DNA of 64,000 nt from Actinomycetota bacterium (lineage in GTDB: Bacteria > Actinomycetota > Acidimicrobiia > Acidimicrobiales > SZUA-35), in assembly GCA_039201605.1 (NCBI GenBank), contig JBCCRO010000001.1, positions 162,173 to 226,172 on the forward strand, given 5' to 3'. This document shows positions 27,601 through 36,500 of the stretch, one piece after another; position 1 is the stretch's first letter; every line of letters starts with the position of its first letter. The notes under the pieces were generated by a model. It saw nothing but the letters and a program-made list of their open reading frames with translations, was not told where the DNA came from and ran no database searches. A program made the translations under genes and the position numbers.

Positions 27601-27723
27601 AAGGCCTTCGTCGAGAGCCTGCGGGCAATCGGCACCGACCCCGAGGGCCTCCTCGGCGACAGCAGCCCGCTCACCGCGGCCGAGCAGGGCCGACTCGCCG
27701 TTCGACGGCTGTGGCACGGATGA
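21631..27723 (+). CDS. NRPS C-A-PCP-E(degenerate)-C
   Basis: 2030 aa.
- First C domain: LSPGQRGVW, HHIAWDA.
- A domain: LVYTSGTSGWPKG, FDVSVAEIM, LYGPSEAT, YRTGDLARW, GRADEQVKIRGHRVELGEV, NGKLDIK.
- PCP: FLRLGGDSISA.
- E-like domain: the TVGRFTS core is present, but AGGLVAD (25393-25413) replaces HHxxxDG and ELVRHIRDG replaces EGHGRE.
- Terminal C domain: canonical HHVISDGWS (26791-). Confidence 0.9.
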   Translation: MTEAHAMRTLDDIEAALQDRLAAEGIEVVGAVPERRARDRAPLSPGQRGVWTYQELAPTSVVYNVGLWLDVTGPVDVEAMTEAFHRLQRRHEVLRTTYHVDDSGSPYQRIHDELSLPIDHVGLDPGLAPDGRPDDLLAELIAEPFDLAATSSLRVTLGRIGSDRLGIILVIHHIAWDAVAFAALSRDLERFYDQAVTGVDGSEIAPLTRQVADFAEWEVDRLEAADHGEVDGYWQAMFADLDALDLPYDRRPSLASESASRLDRELSAPAADNLRTLAEALGATRFEVFMAAYLIVLRRITGQDDAVVGTTVVNREQAGQELLVGNLMNMVSLRYHPAADLTFAHLTDHVRRVNAATFRHKSHPYEMAARAARRVNPDLGMGLFDTVAIFIDAEIDGPSFAGCSTRWELIDTPAALVPLAVEGFGRGERVDVHLTYQEDFFDPETVERIHEYLDQVLVHASATTTVDDLLVLTPGDRERVASWTSGPDMEITPPTLDAMAREIAARYPDRVAVIFEDTELTYAEVDRRVNRCARLLLGAGLQPGDLVAVHADRSEWLPIMVLAAVRAGGVYVPVDPDLPQDRVDFVIDDARPAAVLRGLTPDRSFTEPSVPMFDFAQPATLDLLAAQADGPIGDDELVRPVHPDDPAYLVYTSGTSGWPKGVVVSHRAVANHVQWLTNHFGLIETERALQKTPIGFDVSVAEIMAALSSGAAVVMGQPGWWWMDAHALADCIEQYEITVLSFVPTLLRAFLDAGISDERLRSVRIVVCGGESVSPWLAEEAGKAFDCPVIGLYGPSEATMDITYEDFSDVRHPSEYRSALIGVPEANSSVWVLDEKLRPCPQGVTGELYVGGVQLALGYHQRPGLTAAAFVACPFPERQGERMYRTGDLARWNRRGRLEFLGRADEQVKIRGHRVELGEVGTVLRQVPGVTSAAVAALEHADNKVLVGYYIPDPADERSDDEQADLISTYLGERLPGYMVPPFLIRVGMLPTNANGKLDIKALPQPDFDGRTGEGRPLAGEREHLVAQVLSTILDLPEDTTLAADDDFLRLGGDSISAIRMAAALRKHGLELSTRELFEARTIAAMAKAASTAAPSVVPVLTEVDGPYGEVPLAREVVADLTSGPLRPAPALSLSLVTPPEVTPAALQQALDRAVRRHPALCARLDDDGGGRPTLRADGDNAATAMVFTTRVIEPRPGPVGNGGSEAGAADSIEDERRTESERLAALLDPTDGPLVAASLLQRADGGDGRLVLVAGGLVADPPSLALLAADVAEAWRTGADLPPSTATSYRAWQVSRAEREGDEPAPPPSGPDTSTGPAVGRRAPDPTVDTQATRREVRVCLDGPHAAHLASTALDALRADAATVQLSALLLALSRQGSVAPSASIDIELVRHIRDGSPFADADVAATVGRFTSIDTLEVAASALVQGNSTAVPDAVAAARAVKTAELASFPATPGRIAAVRFNDLGRLERAGTDEGARWRPAPDGAFSSPIVDPAGPIPAVIEVESATFVDGDDVTIEATFRFADGLIDADTASAVAGRWVQAMTELGSVVSEDPGPYLTTDDVLAGGVDQIDLDGWRVRHGRVVDVHPLAPMQEAIYLAGLASAGGDVYNAQVLIGVRGELDAARLDRSMQLVANRYPNLRASIGFSRTGVPCAVIPAAVEFPLTELDLSGAEGELTDQLAELIEADLATPFDYGNGPLLRGHVIHLPGDEHLLVLTAHHVISDGWSGNLMPGEVFAHYAAGEATAPLVESDTFAHFLADIDARRPSAHTAWERYLDRIDGATLVAPEHESGVDNLQVDHEFVLDVDLVRRLHDVAADAGTTLSSVVQLAWANVLRTIVGEDAVVFGEVVAGRPTSIEGIEYAVGAFANTVPRVVELGPDRSWRSHLDVMQEDRVALMDFDQYPLIAAHRSAQVRRLFDTLVVFQSAPSGESAFAELLATMDLELLAFDARSPSEHALVLYVYPQDGFRALLSFAPASFDEAAIAVIEKAFVESLRAIGTDPEGLLGDSSPLTAAEQGRLAVRRLWHG

Positions 27724-27771
27724 CGACCGCTGAGAAAGGAACGCACATGACGACAGCAAAGGCAGGAAACG

Positions 27772-28011
27772 ATGGCTAGTTCGATCAGCACCGAATTCGA
27801 CGAGATCCTCCGGGAGGAGCTGGCGATCGACACCTCCCGGTTGACCAGGGAGTCGCACCTCATCGACGACGTCGGGCTCGACTCGGTCGCCTTCGCCGTC
27901 GGCATGGTCGCCATCGAGGACAAGCTCGGGGTGGCCCTCACCGAGAGCGAGCTGATGGAGTGCTCGACCGTCGCCGACCTCGAAGACATGGTCTTCGCCA
28001 AGCGGGGTTGA
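27772..28011 (+). CDS. mbtL: acyl carrier protein (MbtL-like)
   Basis: 79 aa with DDVGLDSVAF (DSx phosphopantetheine site). It lies directly upstream of, and overlaps, the FAAL start. Confidence 0.85.
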   Translation: MASSISTEFDEILREELAIDTSRLTRESHLIDDVGLDSVAFAVGMVAIEDKLGVALTESELMECSTVADLEDMVFAKRG

Positions 28012-29672
28012 TGATGGTCGCATCGCCGACGACGCTCCCGCTCAGCGTGCTGGCCGAGGTCACCAGGGACCGGATGACCGCCTCGACCCGGAATCTCGTC
28101 ATCCTCGACCCGGACACCGGGGAGTGGGGCCACGTGTCGTGGCCCGAGGTGCACCGTCGGGCGGAGGAGATCGCGGCCACGCTGCTGGCCGAGGCCGTCG
28201 ACGACACCCCACCGGTGGTCGCCCTGTTCGGCCACCCCACCGTCGACCTGGCCGCCGCCGTCCAGGGCACCTGGCTCGCCGGCGGTGCGATCAGCATCCT
28301 CCCCGGACCGGTCCGCGGCGCCAACGAGGACCGCTGGAGCGAGACCACGATCCGGCGGCTGGCCGAACTGGGTACCACCCGGGTGCTGGCCAACGGCGAA
28401 CAGCTGGCGCTGTTGGCCGATAGCGACGGTTGTCCGGCGCTGGCGCCGCTGGCGACCTACGGCGTCGGCGCCATCGTCGACGGGCCCGTCGGGCGCCGCG
28501 TCGACGATCGGGCGCCGGCCGTCCTCCAGGGCACCGCCGGGTCCACCGGCGAACCGAAGACGGCGGTGTTGTCGACCCGGGCCGTGCTCAACAACTCCCG
28601 CCACCTGGCCCAGAAGTTCGACGCCCGGGAGGAGCGCGACGTCGTCTTCAGCTGGCTGCCGATGTACCACGACATGGGCCTGGCCTTCCTGGTGGCCACG
28701 ATGGTCACCGGCGTCGAATTCTGGGTGGTGCCGAACTCGACGTTCGCCGCCCAACCCTTCAAGTGGCTGACCTGGCTCACCGAGTCGAAGGCGACGTTCA
28801 CCGGGGCGCCCGACTTCGCCTACGCCCTGGTCGGCCGGTTCGGCCACGTGTTCAAGAGCGCCGACCTGTCCCACCTCCGGGTGGCGATCAGCGGCGGGGA
28901 ACCGATCGATCCCGACGGCTACGACCGCTTCATCGACGGCATGGACCGTTTCGACTTCGCCCCGGCGGCGGCGGCGCCGGCCTACGGCATGGCCGAGGCG
29001 ACCTGTGCGGTGACGATGCCCGACGGAGGCGAGGGCGTCCGCTACGACGAGGTCACCGTGACCCCGCCCGAGCCCGGGGCCGAGCCGCGGGTGCGACGCT
29101 ATCCACTGCTCGGCACCCCGCTAGAGGGGATGGAGGTCCGCATTGTGCCCGCCCCCGACCACGCCCCCGTCATCGACGACCGCCGGGTCGGCCTGGTCGA
29201 GATCCGGGGAACGTCGATGATGAACGGGTACCTGGGTCAGGAGCCGCTGGCCCCCGACGAGTGGTTCCCAACCGGCGACATCGGGTACCTGGTCGACGGT
29301 CGACTCGTGGTCTGCGGGCGGGCCAAGGAGCTGGTGATCGTTGCCGGCCGCAACCTGTTCCCGGTCGAGATCGAACGGGCGGTGGCCACCGTGCCCGGTG
29401 TTCGGGGCGGCCGGGTGGCGGCCATGGGGTGCGGCGAGGGTTCGAACCGACCCGGCCTGGCCATCGTGGCCGAGTACAAGGGTCGCAAGCCCGACGCCGC
29501 CCGATCGGCGATCATGTCGGCCGTGGCCTCCGAGACCGGGGTCGTGCCCAGCGACGTGGTGCTCGTCGGGTCGGGCTCGCTTCCGATCACCACCTCGGGC
29601 AAGCTGCGGCGGCTCGCCATCCGGGATCTGCTGGAATCGGGCTCGCTCGACGAGGTGGGGGTGGCGACATGA
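28011..29672 (+). CDS. mbtM: fatty acyl-AMP ligase (MbtM-like FAAL)
   Basis: The ATG at 28011 overlaps the ACP stop. Motifs: [56 protein letters not shown]. Confidence 0.85.
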   Translation: MMVASPTTLPLSVLAEVTRDRMTASTRNLVILDPDTGEWGHVSWPEVHRRAEEIAATLLAEAVDDTPPVVALFGHPTVDLAAAVQGTWLAGGAISILPGPVRGANEDRWSETTIRRLAELGTTRVLANGEQLALLADSDGCPALAPLATYGVGAIVDGPVGRRVDDRAPAVLQGTAGSTGEPKTAVLSTRAVLNNSRHLAQKFDAREERDVVFSWLPMYHDMGLAFLVATMVTGVEFWVVPNSTFAAQPFKWLTWLTESKATFTGAPDFAYALVGRFGHVFKSADLSHLRVAISGGEPIDPDGYDRFIDGMDRFDFAPAAAAPAYGMAEATCAVTMPDGGEGVRYDEVTVTPPEPGAEPRVRRYPLLGTPLEGMEVRIVPAPDHAPVIDDRRVGLVEIRGTSMMNGYLGQEPLAPDEWFPTGDIGYLVDGRLVVCGRAKELVIVAGRNLFPVEIERAVATVPGVRGGRVAAMGCGEGSNRPGLAIVAEYKGRKPDAARSAIMSAVASETGVVPSDVVLVGSGSLPITTSGKLRRLAIRDLLESGSLDEVGVAT

Positions 29673-30826
29673 CCGACACCACCGACCTCGACGCCTATCG
29701 GGCGCTGCTCGACGATCTGTTCGACGACAAGGTGCGGGCCTGGACGGCCGAAGCCGAGCAGACCGAGAAGTTCCCCCGGCCCCTGCTGGAGCACCTGGGA
29801 CGGGGCGGGGCCTTCGCCCACAAGTGGTCGGATCGGTCGATGCCCGACATCGCCAAGATGTGCGAGCTGTCCTTCGCCCTCGGTCGGCTGGGTTCGGGCG
29901 GCATCAGCGTCGGGGTGAGCCTGCACGACTCCGGCATCGCCCTGCTGCGCCGCTTCGGTCGCAGCGACGTGCTCAAGGACCTGGCCGACCGGGCCATCGC
30001 CTGCGACGCCGTGCTGTGCCTGGCCGCCTCGGAATCGAGCGGTGGGTCCGATCTGCAGCTGGTGGGCACCGAGATGCGCGAGAGCGACGACGGCTATGCG
30101 GTCACCGGCCGCAAGAAGTACGTGTCGCTGTCGCCGATCGCCGACTACATCCTCGTCGTGGCCCGCAGCGTCGACCGCGACACGACGAGCGCCCACGGCA
30201 ACGTGGCCATGGTCGCCGTGCCGACGTCGCAGGTGACCGTCCTGCCGTCCTACAACAAGGCCGCCGCCGGTCCGCTCGACACCGCGCCGGTGGAGATCGA
30301 CACCTGGGTGCCGGCCGACCACCTGATCGCCCGGGCCGGCACTGGTCTGGCCGCCGTCAGCTGGGCCCTGGCCCACGAGCGGCTCTCGATCGCGGCCCAG
30401 GTGGCGGCGTCGTGCGACAAGGTGCTCGCCATCACGGTGGCCCGCATGCACGACCGTTCCCAGTTCGGCAAGACCCTGTTCGAGCACCAGGCGCTCCGGT
30501 TGCGGGTCGCCGATCTGCAGGCCCGGGTCGACATGCTCCGGCACGCCCTGACCGGGATCGCCGTGGGGGGCCGGCTCGATCTCCGTACCGCGGCGGCGAT
30601 GAAGGTGTCGGCCGCTCGCCTCGGTGAGGAGGTGATCGGGGAGTGCATGCACATCTTCGGCGGCTCGGGCTTCCTCATCGACGAGACGCCCCTGTCACGG
30701 TGGTGGCGCGACATGAAGCTGGGCCGGGTCGGCGGCGGCACCGACGAGGTGCTGTGGGAGCTGGTGGCGGCCTCGATGGTGCCCGACGAGGACGGCTACC
30801 GCCAGTTCGCCGACGCCATCAGCTGA
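29669..30826 (+). CDS. mbtN: acyl-ACP/acyl-CoA dehydrogenase (MbtN-like)
   Basis: The ATG at 29669 overlaps the FAAL stop (ATGA). 385 aa with an ACAD fold pattern ([27 protein letters not shown]). Confidence 0.85.
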   Translation: MTDTTDLDAYRALLDDLFDDKVRAWTAEAEQTEKFPRPLLEHLGRGGAFAHKWSDRSMPDIAKMCELSFALGRLGSGGISVGVSLHDSGIALLRRFGRSDVLKDLADRAIACDAVLCLAASESSGGSDLQLVGTEMRESDDGYAVTGRKKYVSLSPIADYILVVARSVDRDTTSAHGNVAMVAVPTSQVTVLPSYNKAAAGPLDTAPVEIDTWVPADHLIARAGTGLAAVSWALAHERLSIAAQVAASCDKVLAITVARMHDRSQFGKTLFEHQALRLRVADLQARVDMLRHALTGIAVGGRLDLRTAAAMKVSAARLGEEVIGECMHIFGGSGFLIDETPLSRWWRDMKLGRVGGGTDEVLWELVAASMVPDEDGYRQFADAIS

Positions 30827-30939
30827 TGGGCCACCGGTCGCACCACGGCACCGCCCTCAGGACGACGCCATCGCCATCGCCATCGCCATCGCCGGCCCGG
30901 CCCCGGCCGCAGCCCGGGGCCGGAGCCGGGACCGGCGGA

Positions 30940-31575
30940 TCAGACCGGCGGGGGATAGGCCGGCAGGTCGTCGGGCGTGCGGGGCACGACGTAGAGCGCC
31001 ACCTTGCGGTCGGGGCGCATCCAGTGCTCGCCCAGGAAGATGCCACCGCCGAAGGCCGACAGACGACGCATCACGGTGTTGCGGTAGTCGGGCTCGAAGA
31101 TGATGCGTCGGCACTGCGGATCGAGTCGCCAGATGCTCTCGATCAGGCGGGGGAGGAGGCGGGCCCCGGCGCCCTTGTTGACCGCGGACAGTTCGCCGAT
31201 GGCGGCGTGCATGCCGATGTCGTGGGGGTGGGTCTCGTAGGAGCCGGCGATCTGGTCCCGGGCGGCCCGGTAGATCTCGAGGTAGCCCATCGGCTGGTCG
31301 TTGTACTCGCCGATCAAGGGTCGGGAGTAGGCGCCATCGACCTGAGCCCGCAGGTAGGCGCCCCAGCGTTGCTCGGGCCAGGCGTACTCCCAGGTCTCGG
31401 CCAGGTGCGGCTGGTTCATCCACTCGGTGATCAGCGCCGTGTCGTCGCTGTCGGGGTCGGCCACCCGCAGACCGTAGGGCGCCTCGACCTCCGGGATCGG
31501 GGGAGGGGGCACCGCTCGGATCTCGTCGGGGAGGTCGGTGAGTTCTCGCGCCAGGATCGGCTGGTCGGTTGGCAT
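30940..31575 (-). CDS. mbtK: N-hydroxy-lysine N-acyltransferase (MbtK/IucB family GNAT-like)
   Basis: Only the last 211 aa of the 701-aa ORF 30940-33045 are used, starting at ATG 31575 (MPTDQPIL). Motifs: ITEWMNQPHLAETWEYAWP, GYLEIYRAARD, RRIIFEPDYRN. Confidence 0.85.
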   Translation of the reverse strand: MPTDQPILARELTDLPDEIRAVPPPPIPEVEAPYGLRVADPDSDDTALITEWMNQPHLAETWEYAWPEQRWGAYLRAQVDGAYSRPLIGEYNDQPMGYLEIYRAARDQIAGSYETHPHDIGMHAAIGELSAVNKGAGARLLPRLIESIWRLDPQCRRIIFEPDYRNTVMRRLSAFGGGIFLGEHWMRPDRKVALYVVPRTPDDLPAYPPPV

Positions 31576-31676
31576 CGGCGTCCGTTCGGGGTTCGGAAGG
31601 CTCGACGCCGCCAGCCGTGGCCCGGACACGCAGCGTGACCCGGGAAGCGTGGGATAACGCAAGCCTTGTGTCACTT

Positions 31677-31704
31677 GTAGGTGGCAATACCTGCTGGCGT
31701 TAGC
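31677..31704. promoter_or_regulatory. AT-rich promoter island motif GTAGGTGGCAATACCTGC...GTTAGC between mbtK-like and mbtH-like genes
   Basis: An imperfect 6-6-6 inverted repeat, GTAGGT-GGCAAT-ACCTGC. The 9-mer GCAATACCT (31684-31692) and hexamer GTTAGC (31699-31704) recur at 36813-36841. The decamer GTAGGTG(G/A)CA recurs at 21551-21560. A TAATAT -10-like hexamer sits at 31711-31716. Confidence 0.3.
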
Positions 31705-31739
31705 ATATCTTAATATCGGAAGTAAGGAAGGCTGTAACC

Positions 31740-31964
31740 ATGAATCCGTTCGATGATGAGGACGCTCGATTTCTCGTCCTGCGGAACGTCCAGGGCCAGT
31801 ACTCGTTGTGGCCGGTGTTCGCCGACGTCCCGGGCGGCTGGGACGTCGTTTTGGCCGAGACCGACCGGGCGACGTGCCTGGCCTACGTGGACGAGCACTG
31901 GACCGATCTGCGCCCAGCCCAACTGGCCTCGGCCGAGACCGCACCCGATCACGCCGCACCGTGA
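31740..31964 (+). CDS. mbtH: MbtH-like protein
   Basis: 74 aa: MNPFDDEDARFLVLRNVQGQYSLWPVFADVPGGW...YVDEHWTDLRP. An AAGGAAGG RBS lies upstream. Confidence 0.95.
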   Translation: MNPFDDEDARFLVLRNVQGQYSLWPVFADVPGGWDVVLAETDRATCLAYVDEHWTDLRPAQLASAETAPDHAAP

Positions 31965-32040
31965 CGGGGGCGAACACCGGGCCTGCGGCTGCCGGACCCG
32001 GGCCGTGCGAGGGCGTCGGCGACGGCCCCGGTGGCGGCTG

Positions 32041-32808
32041 ATGGAGGGATCGCTTCGGATCGGTCACCGGCCCGGCGGGCTTGAGAGCCGCCCCGGCACC
32101 GTCGACCTGCTCTGTGTGACCGAGGGCCGCCCCGGCACCGTCGACCTTCTCTGTGTGACCGAGCGGTGTCTGGCGGTCGAGCCGGGTCCCGACGCCTACG
32201 CCCTGCTCGACGAGTCCGAGCGCCTCCGGGCCCGGCGGTACCACCGGGTGGCCGATCGGGCCCGGTTCGTGGCCGCCGCAGGCCTGGTGCGACGGGTGGC
32301 TGCCCGATTGGCGGGCTGCGCTCCGCACGAGATCGCGCTCGATCGCCGCTGCGACTCCTGCGGTCGGCCGCACGGCAAGCCCCGCCTGAGAGACCGGTCG
32401 ATCGAGGTGTCGATCTCCCACGCCGGTGACCATGTGGCCGCCGCCGCCAGCGCCGTCGGCCCGGTCGGGGTGGACGTGGAGCAGGTCGGCGGGGTGGGCG
32501 ACGACCGGGCGGGCCTGCTCGACCTCGTCTGCGGGCCCGGCGAGCGCACCGTGGCCGAGACCCCGCTGGGGTTCTACCGGCTCTGGACCGACAAGGAAGC
32601 CGTGCTGAAGGCGACCGGCGACGGGCTTCGGGTGCCGATGAGCGAGGTCGTGGTAGCCGGGCCCCGCTCGGAGCCGGGCTGGGTCACGGTCGAGGGATCC
32701 CGCCACCCGCTCGTCCTGCAGACCTTCACCCCGGGGCCGGACCACGTCGGGAGTATCGCCGTGCTGGCCCCGGGGCCGGTCCACACCAGGGTGGAGGTCA
32801 GAGGGTGA
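32041..32808 (+). CDS. Sfp-type 4'-phosphopantetheinyl transferase
   Basis: Motifs: CGRPHGKPRL, VSISHAGD, GVDVE, FYRLWTDKEAVLKATG. The start is uncertain (ATG 32041 or GTG about 32003). Confidence 0.85.
   Translation: MEGSLRIGHRPGGLESRPGTVDLLCVTEGRPGTVDLLCVTERCLAVEPGPDAYALLDESERLRARRYHRVADRARFVAAAGLVRRVAARLAGCAPHEIALDRRCDSCGRPHGKPRLRDRSIEVSISHAGDHVAAAASAVGPVGVDVEQVGGVGDDRAGLLDLVCGPGERTVAETPLGFYRLWTDKEAVLKATGDGLRVPMSEVVVAGPRSEPGWVTVEGSRHPLVLQTFTPGPDHVGSIAVLAPGPVHTRVEVRG
32087..32164 (+). repeat. 39-bp in-frame tandem duplication (2 copies, 2 mismatches) at the PPTase N-terminus
   Basis: 32087-32125 and 32126-32164 encode (S)RPGTVDLLCVTE(G)RPGTVDLLCVTE. Confidence 0.9.
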
Positions 32809-33545
32809 TGACGACGAAGTCGCTCGACGCCTCGTGGTTCCGGCCGGCGGCGACCGGGTCCGGCCGCCGGACGGTGGTGCTGTTCCCACCGGCCGGGGGC
32901 GGGTCCTCCGGGTTTCGTCGGTGGGCCGACGTCGGCACCGACAACGACGTCGACATCTACGTCGTGACGGCACCCGGTCGCGAACACCGGGTGCGGGAGA
33001 CCCCCTACCACCACGTCGACTCCGTCCTGCGGGTGGTCGTCCCACAGCTCGAAGCCCTCCCGACCCCGCTGGTGCTGTTCGGCCACAGCATGGGGGGTCT
33101 ACTGGCGGCCGAGACCGCGGCCCGCCTCAGTCGCAGCGTGGACCATGTGGTCGTGGCCGCCAGTCCCGCCCCGGCCCAGGTCGTCCCCACCCTGGTCAAC
33201 GCCTCCGACGCCGACCTGGTGGCCGCCATGCGCTCGTGGGGAGGCACCCCCGATGCCGTGCTCGACGACGAGGAGATGCTGGCCCTGCTGCTGCCCTGCC
33301 TCCGGGGCGACATCGCCGTCGGCTATTCGTGCCTGCAGGCCATGGTCCACCGTCGGCTGCCGGTCCCGTTCACGGCGCTGGCCGGCCGCAACGACGCCAC
33401 CGTCCCGGTGGCGAGCATGCGGGGCTGGGAGGAGCACACCTCGGCCGGTTTCCGCTTCACCGAGGTCAGTGGCGGGCACTTCTTCCCCTTCGCCGCATCG
33501 ACCCCGGTGGTCGACGTCGTGCTCGACGCCTTCACCTCCGCCTGA
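32805..33545 (+). CDS. type II thioesterase
   Basis: 246 aa with LFPPAGGG and GHSMGG, and a conserved His near the C-terminus (SGGHFF). The start overlaps the PPTase stop. Confidence 0.9.
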   Translation: MMTTKSLDASWFRPAATGSGRRTVVLFPPAGGGSSGFRRWADVGTDNDVDIYVVTAPGREHRVRETPYHHVDSVLRVVVPQLEALPTPLVLFGHSMGGLLAAETAARLSRSVDHVVVAASPAPAQVVPTLVNASDADLVAAMRSWGGTPDAVLDDEEMLALLLPCLRGDIAVGYSCLQAMVHRRLPVPFTALAGRNDATVPVASMRGWEEHTSAGFRFTEVSGGHFFPFAASTPVVDVVLDAFTSA

Positions 33546-33551
33546 CGTCCG

Positions 33552-33567
33552 GCCCCGACGACGGGGC
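33552..33567. terminator. small GC hairpin between convergent TEII and NRPS genes
   Basis: GCCCCG-acga-CGGGGC; 6-bp stem, 4-nt loop, no U-tract. Confidence 0.25.
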
Positions 33568-33593
33568 GTCCCCGGCCGGCGGCGCGGACCGGC

Positions 33594-36500
33594 TCAATCG
33601 GCGAGTACGGCGGTGTCGGCCCGGGCGCTGTCGAGCAGGTGGGCGAGCTCCCGCAGGTCGGCGGCGCTCATCACGTCGGCCGGGCCCACCGTCCACGACA
33701 GCGTGCGCAGCCGGGCGACCAGATCCATGGTGGCGAGGCTGTCGAGCCCGGCCTCGACCAGCGGGGCGTCGAGGGCGATGCCGGTCAGCTCGGCCAGGAG
33801 GGCCTCGGTGGGCGACGCCGGCTGCGGCCCGGCGCCGGAGGGGCGGGCGGCGTCGAGCAGGGCTCGGGCCGCCGGCGCGTCGAGCTTGTCGTTGCGGTTG
33901 AGGGGGATGGCCTCGACCTCGGCGATCAAGGCCGGAATCATGAAGTGGGGCAGGCGGTCGGCGAGGAGGGACCGGATCCGGGCGGCCGAGATGTCGGCCA
34001 CGACGAGGGCGGCCAGGCGGGTGCGGCCCTTCCGAACATCGACCAGCACCTCGGCCCGATGGACCCCGGGCAGCAGGCCGATGGCCGAAGCCACCTCGCT
34101 CGGCTCCACCCGGTAGCCGTTGATCTTGGTCTGGTCGTCGGCCCGGCCGCAGAACTCGACCCCGCTGTCCGCCACCGAGCAGACGAGGTCGCCGGTGCGG
34201 TAGCGGCGCCCGCCGTCGGGGCCGGCGACGAACGACGAGGCGGTCAGGCCCGCCTGGCCGACGTATCCCGTCGCCAGCTGGGGGCCCGACAGGTAGAGCT
34301 CGCCGATCCCGCCGCCGGGCACCGGACGGAGGCGATGGTCGAGTATCTCGGCCCCGCTGCGCAGCGTCGGCTGGCCGATCGAGGCCCGGTCGTGGTCGGC
34401 CACGTCGGCCATGAAGGCCTCGACGGTCGCCTCGGTCGGGCCGTAGAAGTTGAGCACCCGGGTGCCGTCGAGGGCCTGGAGGCGCTGCCAGACGTCGTCG
34501 TGGATGGCCTCGCCGCCGAGGGCCTGGATCGGTAGCAGGCAGCGTTCGTCCTCGGGCGGCCCGTGCAACAGGCCGGCGTCGGCCAGTCTCAGGAACATCG
34601 ATGGCGAGGTGTCGAGCATGTCGACGTCGTTGTCGGCCATGAACGCCACCAACCGCCCGGGGTCGACCCGCACGTCGTCGGGCACCACGACCAGGGTGTG
34701 TCCGCTCAGCAGCGCCACCGTCGGCTGCCAGGCGGCGTCGAACCCGGTCGACCAGGCGTGGGCCACCCGCAGGCTGCGGCCGAGCTGGTCGACGGCGGGC
34801 GACAGGACCTGTCGTTCGTGGTGGGCCCACAGGGCGAGCAGGGCTCGATGGGAGACGATCACGCCCTTGGGTTGGCCGGTGGTGCCGGAGGTGAACACCC
34901 CGTAGAGGGGCCGGTCGGGGTCGGCGGCCCCCGGTGCGGACCCGTGACCGGCCTCGGTCTCGGCGCCGGTCGCCGGGGGCAGGCCGCCGTCGTCGGCCGG
35001 GGTCAGCGCTCGCAGCGATCGACCGGCGGCGCCTGCCGCCTCGACGACGGCCACCTCCGAGAGATCGGCCAGGACGAGGTCGATCTCGGCGCCGGCGGCG
35101 ATCGTGGCCAGGCGCCCGGCCGGGGTGTCGGGATCGAGGTGGATGCAGATCGCACCCGCTTCGGCCACGGCGAACGGGGCCTGGATCACCCGCCGGTCCC
35201 GGCGCAGCATCACCCCGACGCGATCGCCGGGGCGGACGCCGTGGGCGGTGAGGCCGGCCGCCAGCCGGGATACCGCAGCCCGGAACGCCGCCATGGTCTG
35301 GCTGCCGGTCTGGTCGACGACGGCGTCGGCGTCGCCACGATCGTCGGCGATGGCGTCGAGCCGCTCGGCCAGCGTCGTCGGGGCGGTGGCGTCGGAGCCG
35401 GCGGCTCGATGGTGGGTGACCGCCCGCTCCTCGGGCAGGAGCACGTCGACGTCGGCCAGGGAGTCGGCGTCGACCAGGCGGCGGACGACGGCGAGGAAGC
35501 GGCGGGCCAGGTCGACGGGCGGGAAGCGGGCGGCGAGGTCGGGTCGGACCTCGGTGCGGGTCAGGAGCCGATCGCCGTCCACCACCGGCACCACCGCCAT
35601 GGGAAAGTGGGTGAGGGAACCGATGCGCTGGGTCACCACCGACCCGCCCGTCGGCAGTTCCACCTCGATGTCGGCGCCGATGGCGGGACTGTGTTCGACG
35701 ACGAGGAGGGTGTCGAACAGCGGGTCGACGCCGCAGGCGGTGGCGATCTCGTTGATGCCGATGTGCTCGAAGGGCCGCAGTTGCGACCCCGCCTGCTGCA
35801 GAGGTGTGCCGATGGCGGCCGGGGCCTCGTCGGTGACGACGACCCGCACCGGGGCGGTGGCGATCAGGGCCCCGACCAGTCGCTCGACGTCGGGGATGCT
35901 CGGGTGGCGGCCGGTGGTGGTCTGCCCGAACACCACGTCGTCGCTCGACAGCAGACCCGACAGGATGCGGGCCCACGCCAGCTGGAAGACCGTGCTCATG
36001 GTGAGACCGTTGCGGCGGGCCCACTCGATCACCGGAGCCGATTCCTCGGCGGTGAGGGCGGCATCACCCTCGATCGGCAGGTCGACCTCGGGCGGCGGCG
36101 GGGGAGCGACCGTGGCGCCCTCGGCCACGCCGTCCAGGGCCGCCCGCCACGCTTCGAGGGCATCGTCGATCGGCCGCTTGGCGAGCCACTCGGCGTGGAT
36201 CCGGATCGGGGTGGGGGAGGGCAACCCCTCCGGCCCGGCGGTGAGGATGGTGAGGAGATCGCCGAAGAGCACCGGGAACGACGCGCCGTCGATAACGATG
36301 TGGTGCATGGTGAAGACGAGCTGATACTCGGTGTCGCTGATGCGCCCGGCCACCACCCGGGACAGGGGCCCGGCGTGCACGTCGAGCGGGCGCCGCAACT
36401 CCTCCTCGTACAGTTCGTCGGCCCGCTGTTCGGCGTCTCCGGGCCGGTCTCGACGGTCGATCTCCTCCCAGTGGAGCGTCGGCTCGCCCGGCACCAGCAG

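Noticed and set aside
30940-33045. 701-aa minus-strand ORF
   Set aside because: Only the last 211 aa (from ATG 31575) resemble an MbtK/IucB acyltransferase. The rest is Arg/Pro-rich and runs antisense through the mbtH-like, PPTase and TE genes.
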